Shown piece by piece: positions 20,958-29,600 of a DNA stretch of 64,000 nucleotides. The DNA is from Kiritimatiellia bacterium (lineage in GTDB: Bacteria; Verrucomicrobiota; Kiritimatiellia; UBA8416; YA12-FULL-48-11): positions 705,005 through 769,004 of the forward strand of contig JAQUPZ010000002.1 of the NCBI GenBank assembly GCA_028716365.1, written 5' to 3'. The stretch's first letter is position 1; each line of letters starts with the position of its first letter. A program made the position numbers and the translations under genes. The notes beneath the pieces are model-generated. The model was not told the DNA's origin, searched no databases, and was given only the letters and a program-made list of their open reading frames with translations.

Positions 20958-20992
20958 TGGCAGAAACCATAACCATTTTTGCCTTGTTTTGA
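20940..20992 (-). promoter_or_regulatory. Conserved leader module, copy B
   Basis: GGTTATAAGAAATTGCTTTCGTGTCATTGGCAGAAACCATAA is homologous to 19478-19529. Confidence 0.5.
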
Positions 20993-21163
20993 CGTTTAGA
21001 AACTACGACTGGGATTGAAACACTATCTTGAGTGAGCGTCAAGAGCAGCTTTTGAGAGAATTTTAACAAATTGTCCGTCGGTTAACGGATTGGCAGTTGA
21101 AAAGACAGGTTATTGCAAAAATCCAGGTGACCATGGGACAGGCCTTCCCTGAACCGAGTACAT

Positions 21164-21643
21164 TCATTCGGTAAAAACAACTTCCTCAACATCGTAATTT
21201 GGCATAGTATCCGGCAAGTCCTCTACCCTATCCACCCGCGTGACCATGACCGGCTCGACATCATAGTTTGGAATAGGATCCCGGAATCCATCGGCCCATG
21301 GTTCCACCACCGGCGGACCGCGTTCCCTTTCAGCCGGCTGACGAACCTGCTGAAATTCGGGCCAAAGACCGAGATGTTTCAATATCCTCGAAACCACAGC
21401 CGCCTCATCAATCAGGGCTATCATCTTCATTTCGCCCTGGCAGTGCGGACAAATCAAGGGATCGATCTCCCACACTTTCTTTATCAATTCCCGCCATTTT
21501 TTTGACGGAACGCGCCGGAATTGAACGTCGGAAACATCTATGACCTCAACGCCTAACGGGTTTTGTTGAACCTCCAGGCCGGTCTCCCGTTTGGCACGCA
21601 GTCCCCTGCTCTTGTTGCTATACCACCCATAATACCACACCAT
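21164..21643 (-). mobile_element. IS91-family (HUH Y2) transposase C-terminal fragment (pseudogene)
   Basis: Y-x-x-x-Y at the very start (WYYGWYSNKSRG), then CPHCQGEMKMIALIDEAAVVSRILKHLGLW, which is typical of IS91/ISCR transposase C-termini. The N-terminal ~250 aa are absent. Confidence 0.45.
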
Positions 21644-21689
21644 CTGTGCGCCGGTGTCCGGAATGTGCTGGGTTATCTGGGCAATGATT

Positions 21690-21723
21690 AGACTGGAGGC
21701 TGGAGACCGTAGACTGGAGGCAG
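21690..21723. repeat. Short repeat block 3' of the four-helix-bundle gene (AGACTGGAGG twice)
   Basis: AGACTGGAGGCTGGAGACCGTAGACTGGAGG. CCTCCAGTCT at 22230-22239 is its reverse complement. Confidence 0.5.
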
Positions 21724-21731
21724 GGAAATGA

Positions 21732-22088
21732 TTACTTCTTGCGCAATGATCGAATCAAACCGTTCAAGACTTTGGCTGTCTCGGTAGAGAGTTGATTCAA
21801 TTCCTTATATGAATCATCAGGAAGAAAGCCAAGACGGTGGGCAAGACCAATCTGGTACTCCACTTCGCGGGCAGATCCATAAGCAATATCCAAGAAATGA
21901 ATGTATTCCGTCTCCGAGAATCTTGCGCATCCCTCCACTATGTTTGAGGCAATCGATACAGTCGCCCGGCGTAGTTGAGATGTCAACCCGAACAACTCGT
22001 TGTTGGGAAACGACTGTGTTGTCTTGTAAACAGCTATTGCTAACTGATCAGCCAGCTCGAAGGCCCGAAGTTTTTTATGATCTCTCAT
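21732..22088 (-). CDS. Four-helix-bundle protein (23S rRNA intervening-sequence protein / DGR Avd-like family)
   Basis: 118 aa, all-helical. Resembles TIGR02436-type proteins (ELADQLAIAVYKTTQSFPNNELFGLTSQLRRATVSIASNIVEG...). Confidence 0.65.
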   Translation of the reverse strand: MRDHKKLRAFELADQLAIAVYKTTQSFPNNELFGLTSQLRRATVSIASNIVEGCARFSETEYIHFLDIAYGSAREVEYQIGLAHRLGFLPDDSYKELNQLSTETAKVLNGLIRSLRKK

Positions 22089-22096
22089 TCGAAAAA

Positions 22097-22239
22097 CCTA
22101 CAGCCTGCAGTCTCCGGATTCCAGCCTAATCTGCGCAACAAAAGGCCGGAGACTTGAGACTGTAGGCCTGAGGCAAATGGCGTTTTTTTCATCCCAAATC
22201 TTCTCGTTACCTACAGCCTGCGGCCTCCGGCCTCCAGTC
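22097..22239. repeat. Cluster of 21-bp repeat units CCTACAGCCTGCRGYCTCCGG. Two are direct (22097-22117, 22209-22229) and one is inverted (22146-22166). The terminal CCTCCAGTCT is inverted relative to 21690-21720
   Basis: Read directly in the sequence. Together with the 21690-21723 block they bracket the four-helix-bundle gene. Confidence 0.6.
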
Positions 22240-22393
22240 TTCTGCAGCATTGCCAAAGCGGAGATGTTGTGGGCTTCCTCGCCCGATAGACCCCGATTGC
22301 CCTGCCTGTGAAACTGGCCACTGCCGCCCTTCCCCAGTTTCACTTTGGACAAAAAACACCACTATTTGATTCAACGGCTAAACTATCGGATTT

Positions 22394-22658
22394 ATTGTAA
22401 CCTCAGATTTCCCCAAGGAAAATTTGGACAAAAGACAGCTCGACAGAATCTCGGTCTCCCGTTAAGAATATAGGGAATGAAGAAGAACAATACCACGGGA
22501 TTGGTAGTCCGCTTCGACAGCGTCGGAGGAGCAAGCGGTGACCTTATTCTTTCTTCCCTGTGTGCACTTGGAATCAACCCATCCGAACTCAGCAAAAAGC
22601 TCGGATCCCTTCACGCCGGAAATTTCAAACTCCAGGTTAAAACCAATACAGACCATGG
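22394..22658 (+). repeat. Direct repeat copy 2 (authentic larC upstream region and 5' end)
   Basis: See the copy 1 feature. Confidence 0.85.
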
Positions 22659-23682
22659 TTTCGCCGGTAAACAACTAACCGTTAAGATCGGCCATTCTCA
22701 TCATCACCATCACCGTCATCTCGAAGACATTCTCTCCATGATCAAGAAGAGTAAACTTTCACCATGGGTAAAAGATTTAAGCACTAAGGTGTTCTACAGG
22801 CTTGCCGTGGCTGAAGCAAAAGTACACAGCACAACTCCCAATAAAATTCATTTCCATGAAGTCGGAGCACTTGATTCGATCGTTGATATTGTCGGATCGT
22901 GTGCCGCGCTCGAAATGCTTGGCGTTGATTCGGTAATTGCAGGCCCCTTGCCTCTCGGACATGGAACAGTGGAATGTGCTCACGGGATACTTCCCTTACC
23001 TGCACCCGCTGTTGTCGAACTTCTCAAAAATCATCCTGTTGTACAGATTGACGAACCTTTTGAAACCGTGACCCCGACAGGTGCGGCCCTGCTGACAACA
23101 TGGAAAGAGATTCTTCCATCTCATTCCTCAGGTTCTCAGACAATTCTGCGAACAGGTCTTGGATATGGCCATCATAAGTTCAATAACAGGCCAAACACCC
23201 TCAGAGCAACATTGCTCAAGTCTGCCGGAACCGATGAAGCACATCACGATGAATGCCTTGTTCTTGAATGTAATCTCGACGATATAATCCCGGAAATAAT
23301 CGGATCACTTACACAAAAACTGATGGATCATGGCGCCCTTGATGTTTTTACACTGCCGATTCAAATGAAAAAACAGCGACCCGGCACCCTTTTGACAGTC
23401 CTGTGCAAGGTCCCGGACCGTGATCGTATGATTGAAATGATTTTCACCGAAACAACCACATTCGGCATACGCGAACATCTTGTGCAGCGTACAATTCTTG
23501 AGCGCCGTTATACTGAAGTCAAAACCCCCTATGGTAAAATAAGGATCAAGGTTGGCACATGGAAGGGTCGTGATATCACTTTCTCGCCTGAACACTCCGA
23601 CTGCGTGAAATGCGCAGAGAAACACGGTGTTGCTGTAAAAACAGTTTACGAAAAAGCCATCAAGGCCATTGGCAGGAAATAG
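22477..23682 (+). CDS. larC: Nickel insertion protein LarC (pyridinium-3,5-bisthiocarboxylic acid mononucleotide nickel chelatase)
   Basis: N-terminal VRFDSVGGASGDLILSSLCALGI pattern. His-rich stretch HSHHHHHRH. Length about 400 aa, typical of LarC. Confidence 0.8.
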   Translation: MKKNNTTGLVVRFDSVGGASGDLILSSLCALGINPSELSKKLGSLHAGNFKLQVKTNTDHGFAGKQLTVKIGHSHHHHHRHLEDILSMIKKSKLSPWVKDLSTKVFYRLAVAEAKVHSTTPNKIHFHEVGALDSIVDIVGSCAALEMLGVDSVIAGPLPLGHGTVECAHGILPLPAPAVVELLKNHPVVQIDEPFETVTPTGAALLTTWKEILPSHSSGSQTILRTGLGYGHHKFNNRPNTLRATLLKSAGTDEAHHDECLVLECNLDDIIPEIIGSLTQKLMDHGALDVFTLPIQMKKQRPGTLLTVLCKVPDRDRMIEMIFTETTTFGIREHLVQRTILERRYTEVKTPYGKIRIKVGTWKGRDITFSPEHSDCVKCAEKHGVAVKTVYEKAIKAIGRK

Positions 23683-23858
23683 CGGTGAAAGTTGCAGATT
23701 CTTTTGCGTCATCGGCAACATCAACTACGCTGTGGACAGCGTATTCTACAAAAGAAACCTTTCTTTACGCGGAATTACTGTAGTGTCGGCTGTCTCAGCC
23801 GAGAAAGAGTGGGTTCTTTTGTAGATTCCGTTTCACGCAGGTAATGTCTCATTAGTTT

Positions 23859-24737
23859 TTATACGTTGGAGCCGCTCCAGTGAAGCTTCTTACGGAGAAC
23901 AGTAAAATAACTGTGCCCTGGAAGATGAATAAATCGAACACTTGTCCTGCTGCGTTGAATCTTGACTTTGTCACCTTCGTGAAGGTTATGCGCGATCTGA
24001 CCATCAACTGAGAAAAGAATCTTTCCTGATGCATCTTCCACCGAAACGATAATCTCGCTCTTGTCAGGTACAACAAGCGGGCGGGAACTGAGTGTATGGG
24101 GACAAATCAGGCTTATAACGAACGCCTGCGTTTCCGGAGTCAGGATCGGGCCACCTGATGAAAGCGAATGGCCCGTACTTCCGGTCGGGGTAGATACTAT
24201 CAACCCATCGCAAACATAAGAAGTAACTTTGTCGCCATCTATAGAAAGCCCCAGAACAACTACACGGTTTGAAGGACCACTACTGACGACAACATCATTC
24301 AGGGCCCTTTGTTTTGCCAGTATCCGCCCTTTACGTTCAACAACCGCGTCAAGCATTGCCCGCACACTTGTAAGATATTTCCCGGTTACCAGACTTTTCA
24401 AGGCACGATCAAGTTCATCTTCCACAACACTGGTCAGGAAACCAAGGGCGCCAAGATTAAGACCTATCAAAGGAATATCACGCCCCTCAAGCATTCTGAC
24501 CGCACGGAGCATTGTTCCGTCACCACCCAGAGCCATTACGGCATCAACAGATTTCACACGGGAACTTATACAGATTTGTCTGCCATGTTCAGGACGCCAC
24601 AGACTTCCCTTGTCGGACACAAGTTCTATGCCGAGTTTTTTTGCTTTTGCGGACAGTTTTTTCAATACCGCCAAAGCGTCAGGTTTCCCGCAATTTGCCA
24701 CTATCCCAAGTTTTTTGATCATGATTTCTTTAAACAA
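23859..24737 (-). CDS. nadK: NAD(+) kinase
   Basis: GGDGTMLRAV motif, NDVVV and the typical ~290-aa architecture. Confidence 0.85.
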   Translation of the reverse strand: MFKEIMIKKLGIVANCGKPDALAVLKKLSAKAKKLGIELVSDKGSLWRPEHGRQICISSRVKSVDAVMALGGDGTMLRAVRMLEGRDIPLIGLNLGALGFLTSVVEDELDRALKSLVTGKYLTSVRAMLDAVVERKGRILAKQRALNDVVVSSGPSNRVVVLGLSIDGDKVTSYVCDGLIVSTPTGSTGHSLSSGGPILTPETQAFVISLICPHTLSSRPLVVPDKSEIIVSVEDASGKILFSVDGQIAHNLHEGDKVKIQRSRTSVRFIHLPGHSYFTVLRKKLHWSGSNV

Positions 24738-25483
24738 GCCAGAAACTCAACATTTCCAGCCGGCCCCTTTAAAGGTGACTCACAAAGCCCAATCCATTTC
24801 AATCCCATTTCTTTTGTTACAAATTCTCTGATCCGTTCAACAACGGATTTCCTCACATTCTCATCGCGGACTACCCCTCCCTTTTCCACCTGTTCGCGGC
24901 CAGCCTCAAATTGAGGTTTTATGAGAGCTACAATACCGGCACCCATAGCGAGAATATTTATAACAGCAGGCAGAATCTTCGTCAATGAGATGAAGGACAC
25001 GTCAACTACGGCAAAAGCCGGCTTTTCCGGCAGGGAATCAGAATTCAGGTAACGAGCATTAATCCCTTCCATCACTAAAACACGCGGATCATTACGAAGT
25101 TTCCAGTGGAGTTGCCCTTTGCCCACATCAACAGCATAAACCTTTAATGCGCCATGCTGAAGCAGGCAATCAGTAAAGCCGCCTGTTGAGGATCCAACGT
25201 CGATGCAGACAAGTCCATTGACATTCAAATCGAAACCACAAAATGCAGCTTCAAGTTTTTCACCGCCACGACTGACAAATCGCTGGGGTGCATCGATTTC
25301 TATAGACGTATCAGTATTATATTTATGACCGGGTTTCGTTACAACCTGTCCGGCAATTCTGACCTTTCCGGCCCCGACAAGCCTTTGCGCCTGCTCGCGA
25401 CTTTCCGTAAGCCCACGATCTGTCAGCAATACATCTAGTCGTTCCTTCTTCATATAAAAATTATGCACCAAATGCCGGCACAT
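24719..25483 (-). CDS. tlyA: TlyA-family rRNA 2'-O-methyltransferase (hemolysin A-like)
   Basis: S4-like N-terminus RLDVLLTDRGLTESREQAQRLVGAGKV plus an FtsJ-like methyltransferase core (DVGSSTGGFTDCLL). Confidence 0.8.
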   Translation of the reverse strand: MCRHLVHNFYMKKERLDVLLTDRGLTESREQAQRLVGAGKVRIAGQVVTKPGHKYNTDTSIEIDAPQRFVSRGGEKLEAAFCGFDLNVNGLVCIDVGSSTGGFTDCLLQHGALKVYAVDVGKGQLHWKLRNDPRVLVMEGINARYLNSDSLPEKPAFAVVDVSFISLTKILPAVINILAMGAGIVALIKPQFEAGREQVEKGGVVRDENVRKSVVERIREFVTKEMGLKWIGLCESPLKGPAGNVEFLACLKKS

Positions 25484-25522
25484 TCATTTCCATGCGTTTA
25501 AAGGAACATTATCTGGTTTTTC

Positions 25523-27445
25523 TTACTTCTTGTGTTCCTTCGCCACGGCGATGGCCAAACTATTGGCAATGAAATTTGCGATCTCATCCGGCGTCAGACC
25601 ATATTTTTCCATCAGAAGATTGGATTTACCTTGCGGAATGAATTCGTCAGGCCACCCGAACTTCAACACCCGGCCGGAATATCCGTAGGAAATGAGGACT
25701 TCTTCGATACCCGACCCAAAACCTGAACTCGCAACACCATTTTCAATGGTCACAAAAACCTTACAGGTTTTTGCCTGAGATTCAATAAGCTCGACATCCA
25801 ACGGCCTGATAAAACGGGGATTAACCACACCCGCAGAAATACCCTTTTCCTTCAGCAGGTCGGAAGCTTTTTCTGCAAGGGAAATCATGTCGCCCAGCGC
25901 CCAAACCTGCACCTCTTTGCCTTCACGTATAACTTCTGCTGAACCAACCGGAATTTCATTAAAGCCGGGAAGAATTGGTTTTCCGGTTCCAACACCTCTG
26001 GGATACCGTATCGCAACAGGCCTGCCAAGCCGTACAGCAGTATAAAGCATGTTTGCAAATTCAGCTTCATCTTTTGGCTGCATGAAAATCAGCCCCGGTA
26101 TCGGTCGAAGCAGGGCAATATCAAATACGCCATGGTGAGTCGGACCGTCATCTCCCACAACACCGGCCCTGTCCAGGCAGAAAATAACAGGAAGGTTTTG
26201 CAGGCAAACATCGTGAATAACACAATCGATCGCCCTCTGGAAGAAAGTTGAATAAATCGCAACAACAGGAACAAACCCCTCAGCGGCAAGCCCGGCAGCA
26301 AAAACCACGGCATGTTCTTCGGATATTCCCACATCAAAAAACCTGTTGGGGAAACGTTCCGCATAACGTGACAAACCTGTACCGGAAGCCATTGCGGCAG
26401 TGATAGCAATAATTCTTTTATCCTGGTCTGCTAGTCGCTGAAGTACATTGCCCAATACCATTGAATAAGTTGGAAATTTGGAAACCGACAGAGGTTCTCC
26501 GGATTCAATATCAAAACCAGGCGTGCCATGCCATTTCTCCGGAGATTGTTCAGCGAAAGCATATCCCTTCCCTTTCCGTGTCGAAACATGAAGAAGAATC
26601 GGCCTGTCAGAATCTTTTGCAATCATCATCGCATCAAGCAAAGCATGTATATTGTGTCCATCGATTGGTCCAATATACCGGAGGCCAAATTCCTCAAAAA
26701 TCACACTTCTAAGGAAAAAACCCTTAATTGATTCCTCAAGTTTATAATAAGCTGATCTAAGCCATCCCATCTTGAGTTTCGTGGCAAAACTTTCAACCGA
26801 TCTTTTCCACCTGTTATATTGCGGATTCGCCAGTAATTCGCCGAGATATCTGGACATGGAACCAACATTTGCAGCAATTGACATTTCATTATCATTAAGA
26901 ATAACGATAAGTCGCTTTGTCGTATGGGCAAGGTTATTAAACGCCTCAAGCGAGATACCGCAACAGACCGCGCCATCACCCAGTACCGCAATGACATGGT
27001 TGGAGGCTCCCACCCTGTCCCTCGCCGCAGCCATGCCAAGGGCCGAAGATAAGGCCGTACCCGAATGACCCGTGCCAAAAGAGTCAAAAATACTTTCATC
27101 CCTTCTGGGAAAACCAGAAATACCGCCAAACTGGCGCAAACTGTCAAATCGGTCCTTCCTGCCGGTAAGAATCTTGTAACCATAGGTCTGGTGCCCGACA
27201 TCCCAGACAATTTTGTCAACGGGAGGATCAAAAAGCCTTAACAGTGCAACGGTAAGCTCAACAACTCCAAGATTTGCGGCAAGATGACCGCCAGTTTTAC
27301 TGACAGAATCAATGATCATCATTCTCACTTCTGCGGCCAAAAGATACAACTCACCAAGACTGAGCTTTTTTATATCATCCGGCAAATTAACTTTATCCAG
27401 GACAGTGCTCATTTCCTGATATATAACACACTCAGATTGAAACAT
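25523..27445 (-). CDS. dxs: 1-deoxy-D-xylulose-5-phosphate synthase
   Basis: TPP-binding GDG...N motif region (AVLGDGAVCCG), GHQTYGYKILTGR, length about 630 aa. Confidence 0.9.
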   Translation of the reverse strand: MFQSECVIYQEMSTVLDKVNLPDDIKKLSLGELYLLAAEVRMMIIDSVSKTGGHLAANLGVVELTVALLRLFDPPVDKIVWDVGHQTYGYKILTGRKDRFDSLRQFGGISGFPRRDESIFDSFGTGHSGTALSSALGMAAARDRVGASNHVIAVLGDGAVCCGISLEAFNNLAHTTKRLIVILNDNEMSIAANVGSMSRYLGELLANPQYNRWKRSVESFATKLKMGWLRSAYYKLEESIKGFFLRSVIFEEFGLRYIGPIDGHNIHALLDAMMIAKDSDRPILLHVSTRKGKGYAFAEQSPEKWHGTPGFDIESGEPLSVSKFPTYSMVLGNVLQRLADQDKRIIAITAAMASGTGLSRYAERFPNRFFDVGISEEHAVVFAAGLAAEGFVPVVAIYSTFFQRAIDCVIHDVCLQNLPVIFCLDRAGVVGDDGPTHHGVFDIALLRPIPGLIFMQPKDEAEFANMLYTAVRLGRPVAIRYPRGVGTGKPILPGFNEIPVGSAEVIREGKEVQVWALGDMISLAEKASDLLKEKGISAGVVNPRFIRPLDVELIESQAKTCKVFVTIENGVASSGFGSGIEEVLISYGYSGRVLKFGWPDEFIPQGKSNLLMEKYGLTPDEIANFIANSLAIAVAKEHKK

Positions 27446-27580
27446 CCAATACTGAATATCTTCTGTGCAAAGAATGCTTTCATCAAAACCAAGCTTTGCT
27501 AGACTCTGAAGCGTTTGTTGAATAATTCAGCAAAAGTGTTGCCGGTTTATCAGATCGCTAATAATTTACCGGAATAATTT

Positions 27581-29578
27581 ATGAACAAAAAAACAACTTT
27601 GGCAGTATTTTTCGGCATCGCGATGGCGGCAGGATGCTCCTTATTCAACAATGACAGACATGACAATATAACCGGTGAGGCAATCGTATATCAAAAAGAA
27701 ACCATCAACGACATCGATGCAATACGAACACTTTTCAAGAAAATCGAGAATAGCACCGGGAAAAAGACTGTTGATTCCGTATTTGTCCCTTTAAACGAGC
27801 TGGACATACTTATAGATAAAACGGCAAACAAAGCATCGCTTTTCTACCATGTGCATCCAAATGCTGAAATCCGGACCATCGCAGAGAAAAGTGAACAGGA
27901 AATAGCCAAACTGGCCACAGATATAAGTCTATCCCGTTCCATCTACGAAGCATGCACATCCGTTGACGTATCGAAGGAAGATTCCGACACACAGCGGCTG
28001 GCCAAACGAATACTCAGGGATTTCAAGCGGGCTGGCGTCAACAAACCCGATAATGTCCGGATGCAAATCAAGAAAATTCAGGAAGAGCTGGTAAAACTCA
28101 GCCAGGAGTTTTCCCGTAACATAAGGGAAGATGTTCGCAGTATCAAAATTACTCCTGCCGAATTATCAGGTCTGCCCAAAGACTATATTGATGTTCACAA
28201 GCCCGCGGCAGACGGACTGATAACAATAACCACTGACTATCCGGACTACATACCGTTCATGCAATATGCAAACAATGACCGAAAGCGGTTGGAATTATAC
28301 AAGGTATTTCGCCAACGCAGTTATCCAAAAAATAAATCTGTGTTAAAAAACATTCTCATTAAGCGGTATGAACTGGCAACTCTTCTCGATTACAGGAATT
28401 TTGCAGAATATGAGACCGAAACACGAATGATCAAGACTGCATCAAACGCCCAGGCATTTATCGACAAAATAGCCGCCATCGCAGAACCGAGAGCAAAAAA
28501 GGATTATGAAATACTTCTTAAAAGACTGCAAAAGACTACTCCGGAAGCAAAAAAGGTAGGTGACTGGCAGAAGATGTACCTGTCAGAACTGGTAAAACAG
28601 GAACAATATCAAATCGATTCAAAAGAACTGCGCGAGTATTTTCAGTCCGGTAATGTCCGCAATGGGATTATCAACCTCGTCTGCACTCTGTTCGATGTCA
28701 AAATAAGACCCTGGGATACGCCTGTCTGGCATAAAAGCGTCAAAGCCTACGAAATGTTCGATGGAGACAGGATAATTGGCCGTTTTTATCTGGATCTGTA
28801 TCCCCGTGATAATAAATACAAGCATGCCGCACACTTCAGCATGATATCGGGAATCAAGGATTGTCAGGTCCCTGTATCAACGCTTGTCTGCAACTTTACC
28901 GGGGAAAACGACGATACAGCGCTGATGGAACATGACCAGGTTTTAACTTTCCTGCACGAATTCGGCCATATGCTTCACCACCTGTTCAGCGGAAACCAGA
29001 GGTGGATAATATTTTCCGGAATTTCCACTGAACTGGATTTCCTTGAGGCTCCGTCCCAGATGCTTGAAGAATGGACATGGGATGCCGATATCCTGAAGAA
29101 GTTTGCAAAAAATCACAAAGGAGAGGTCATTCCAAACCAACTAGTGGAAAAAATGGTCGCTGCAAAAGATTTTGGTATCGGTCTGGACAAGAAACACCAG
29201 ATGTTCTATGCGGCACTATCGCTGAACTATTATAACTGTAACCCCTGTAATCTTGATCTCACAAAAACAATGCAACAACTTCAAAACAAATATGCGCCTT
29301 ATGATTATGTTCCGGACACATATTTTTATACCAGCTTCGGACATCTTGATGGATATTCTGCAATGTATTACAGCTACATGTGGGCAGAAGTAATCGCCAA
29401 GGATATGTTCAGCCAGTTTAAACAGGAAGGAATGCTCAATCCAAGTATCGGTAAAAAATATCGCAATACAATTCTTGAACCGGGCGGATCAAAAGACGCA
29501 GTCGACCTGGTTAAAGATTTCCTTGGGAGGCCATACAGTTTCGAACCATTTGCCCGCTGGCTTGGAGGCGGAAAATAA
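27581..29578 (+). CDS. M3-family zinc metallopeptidase (oligopeptidase A/Dcp-like), lipoprotein
   Basis: HEFGHMLHH zinc motif. Lipobox AAGCS. About 665 aa. Confidence 0.8.
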   Translation: MNKKTTLAVFFGIAMAAGCSLFNNDRHDNITGEAIVYQKETINDIDAIRTLFKKIENSTGKKTVDSVFVPLNELDILIDKTANKASLFYHVHPNAEIRTIAEKSEQEIAKLATDISLSRSIYEACTSVDVSKEDSDTQRLAKRILRDFKRAGVNKPDNVRMQIKKIQEELVKLSQEFSRNIREDVRSIKITPAELSGLPKDYIDVHKPAADGLITITTDYPDYIPFMQYANNDRKRLELYKVFRQRSYPKNKSVLKNILIKRYELATLLDYRNFAEYETETRMIKTASNAQAFIDKIAAIAEPRAKKDYEILLKRLQKTTPEAKKVGDWQKMYLSELVKQEQYQIDSKELREYFQSGNVRNGIINLVCTLFDVKIRPWDTPVWHKSVKAYEMFDGDRIIGRFYLDLYPRDNKYKHAAHFSMISGIKDCQVPVSTLVCNFTGENDDTALMEHDQVLTFLHEFGHMLHHLFSGNQRWIIFSGISTELDFLEAPSQMLEEWTWDADILKKFAKNHKGEVIPNQLVEKMVAAKDFGIGLDKKHQMFYAALSLNYYNCNPCNLDLTKTMQQLQNKYAPYDYVPDTYFYTSFGHLDGYSAMYYSYMWAEVIAKDMFSQFKQEGMLNPSIGKKYRNTILEPGGSKDAVDLVKDFLGRPYSFEPFARWLGGGK

Positions 29579-29600
29579 TTAACAGAAAAGATAACAACAC

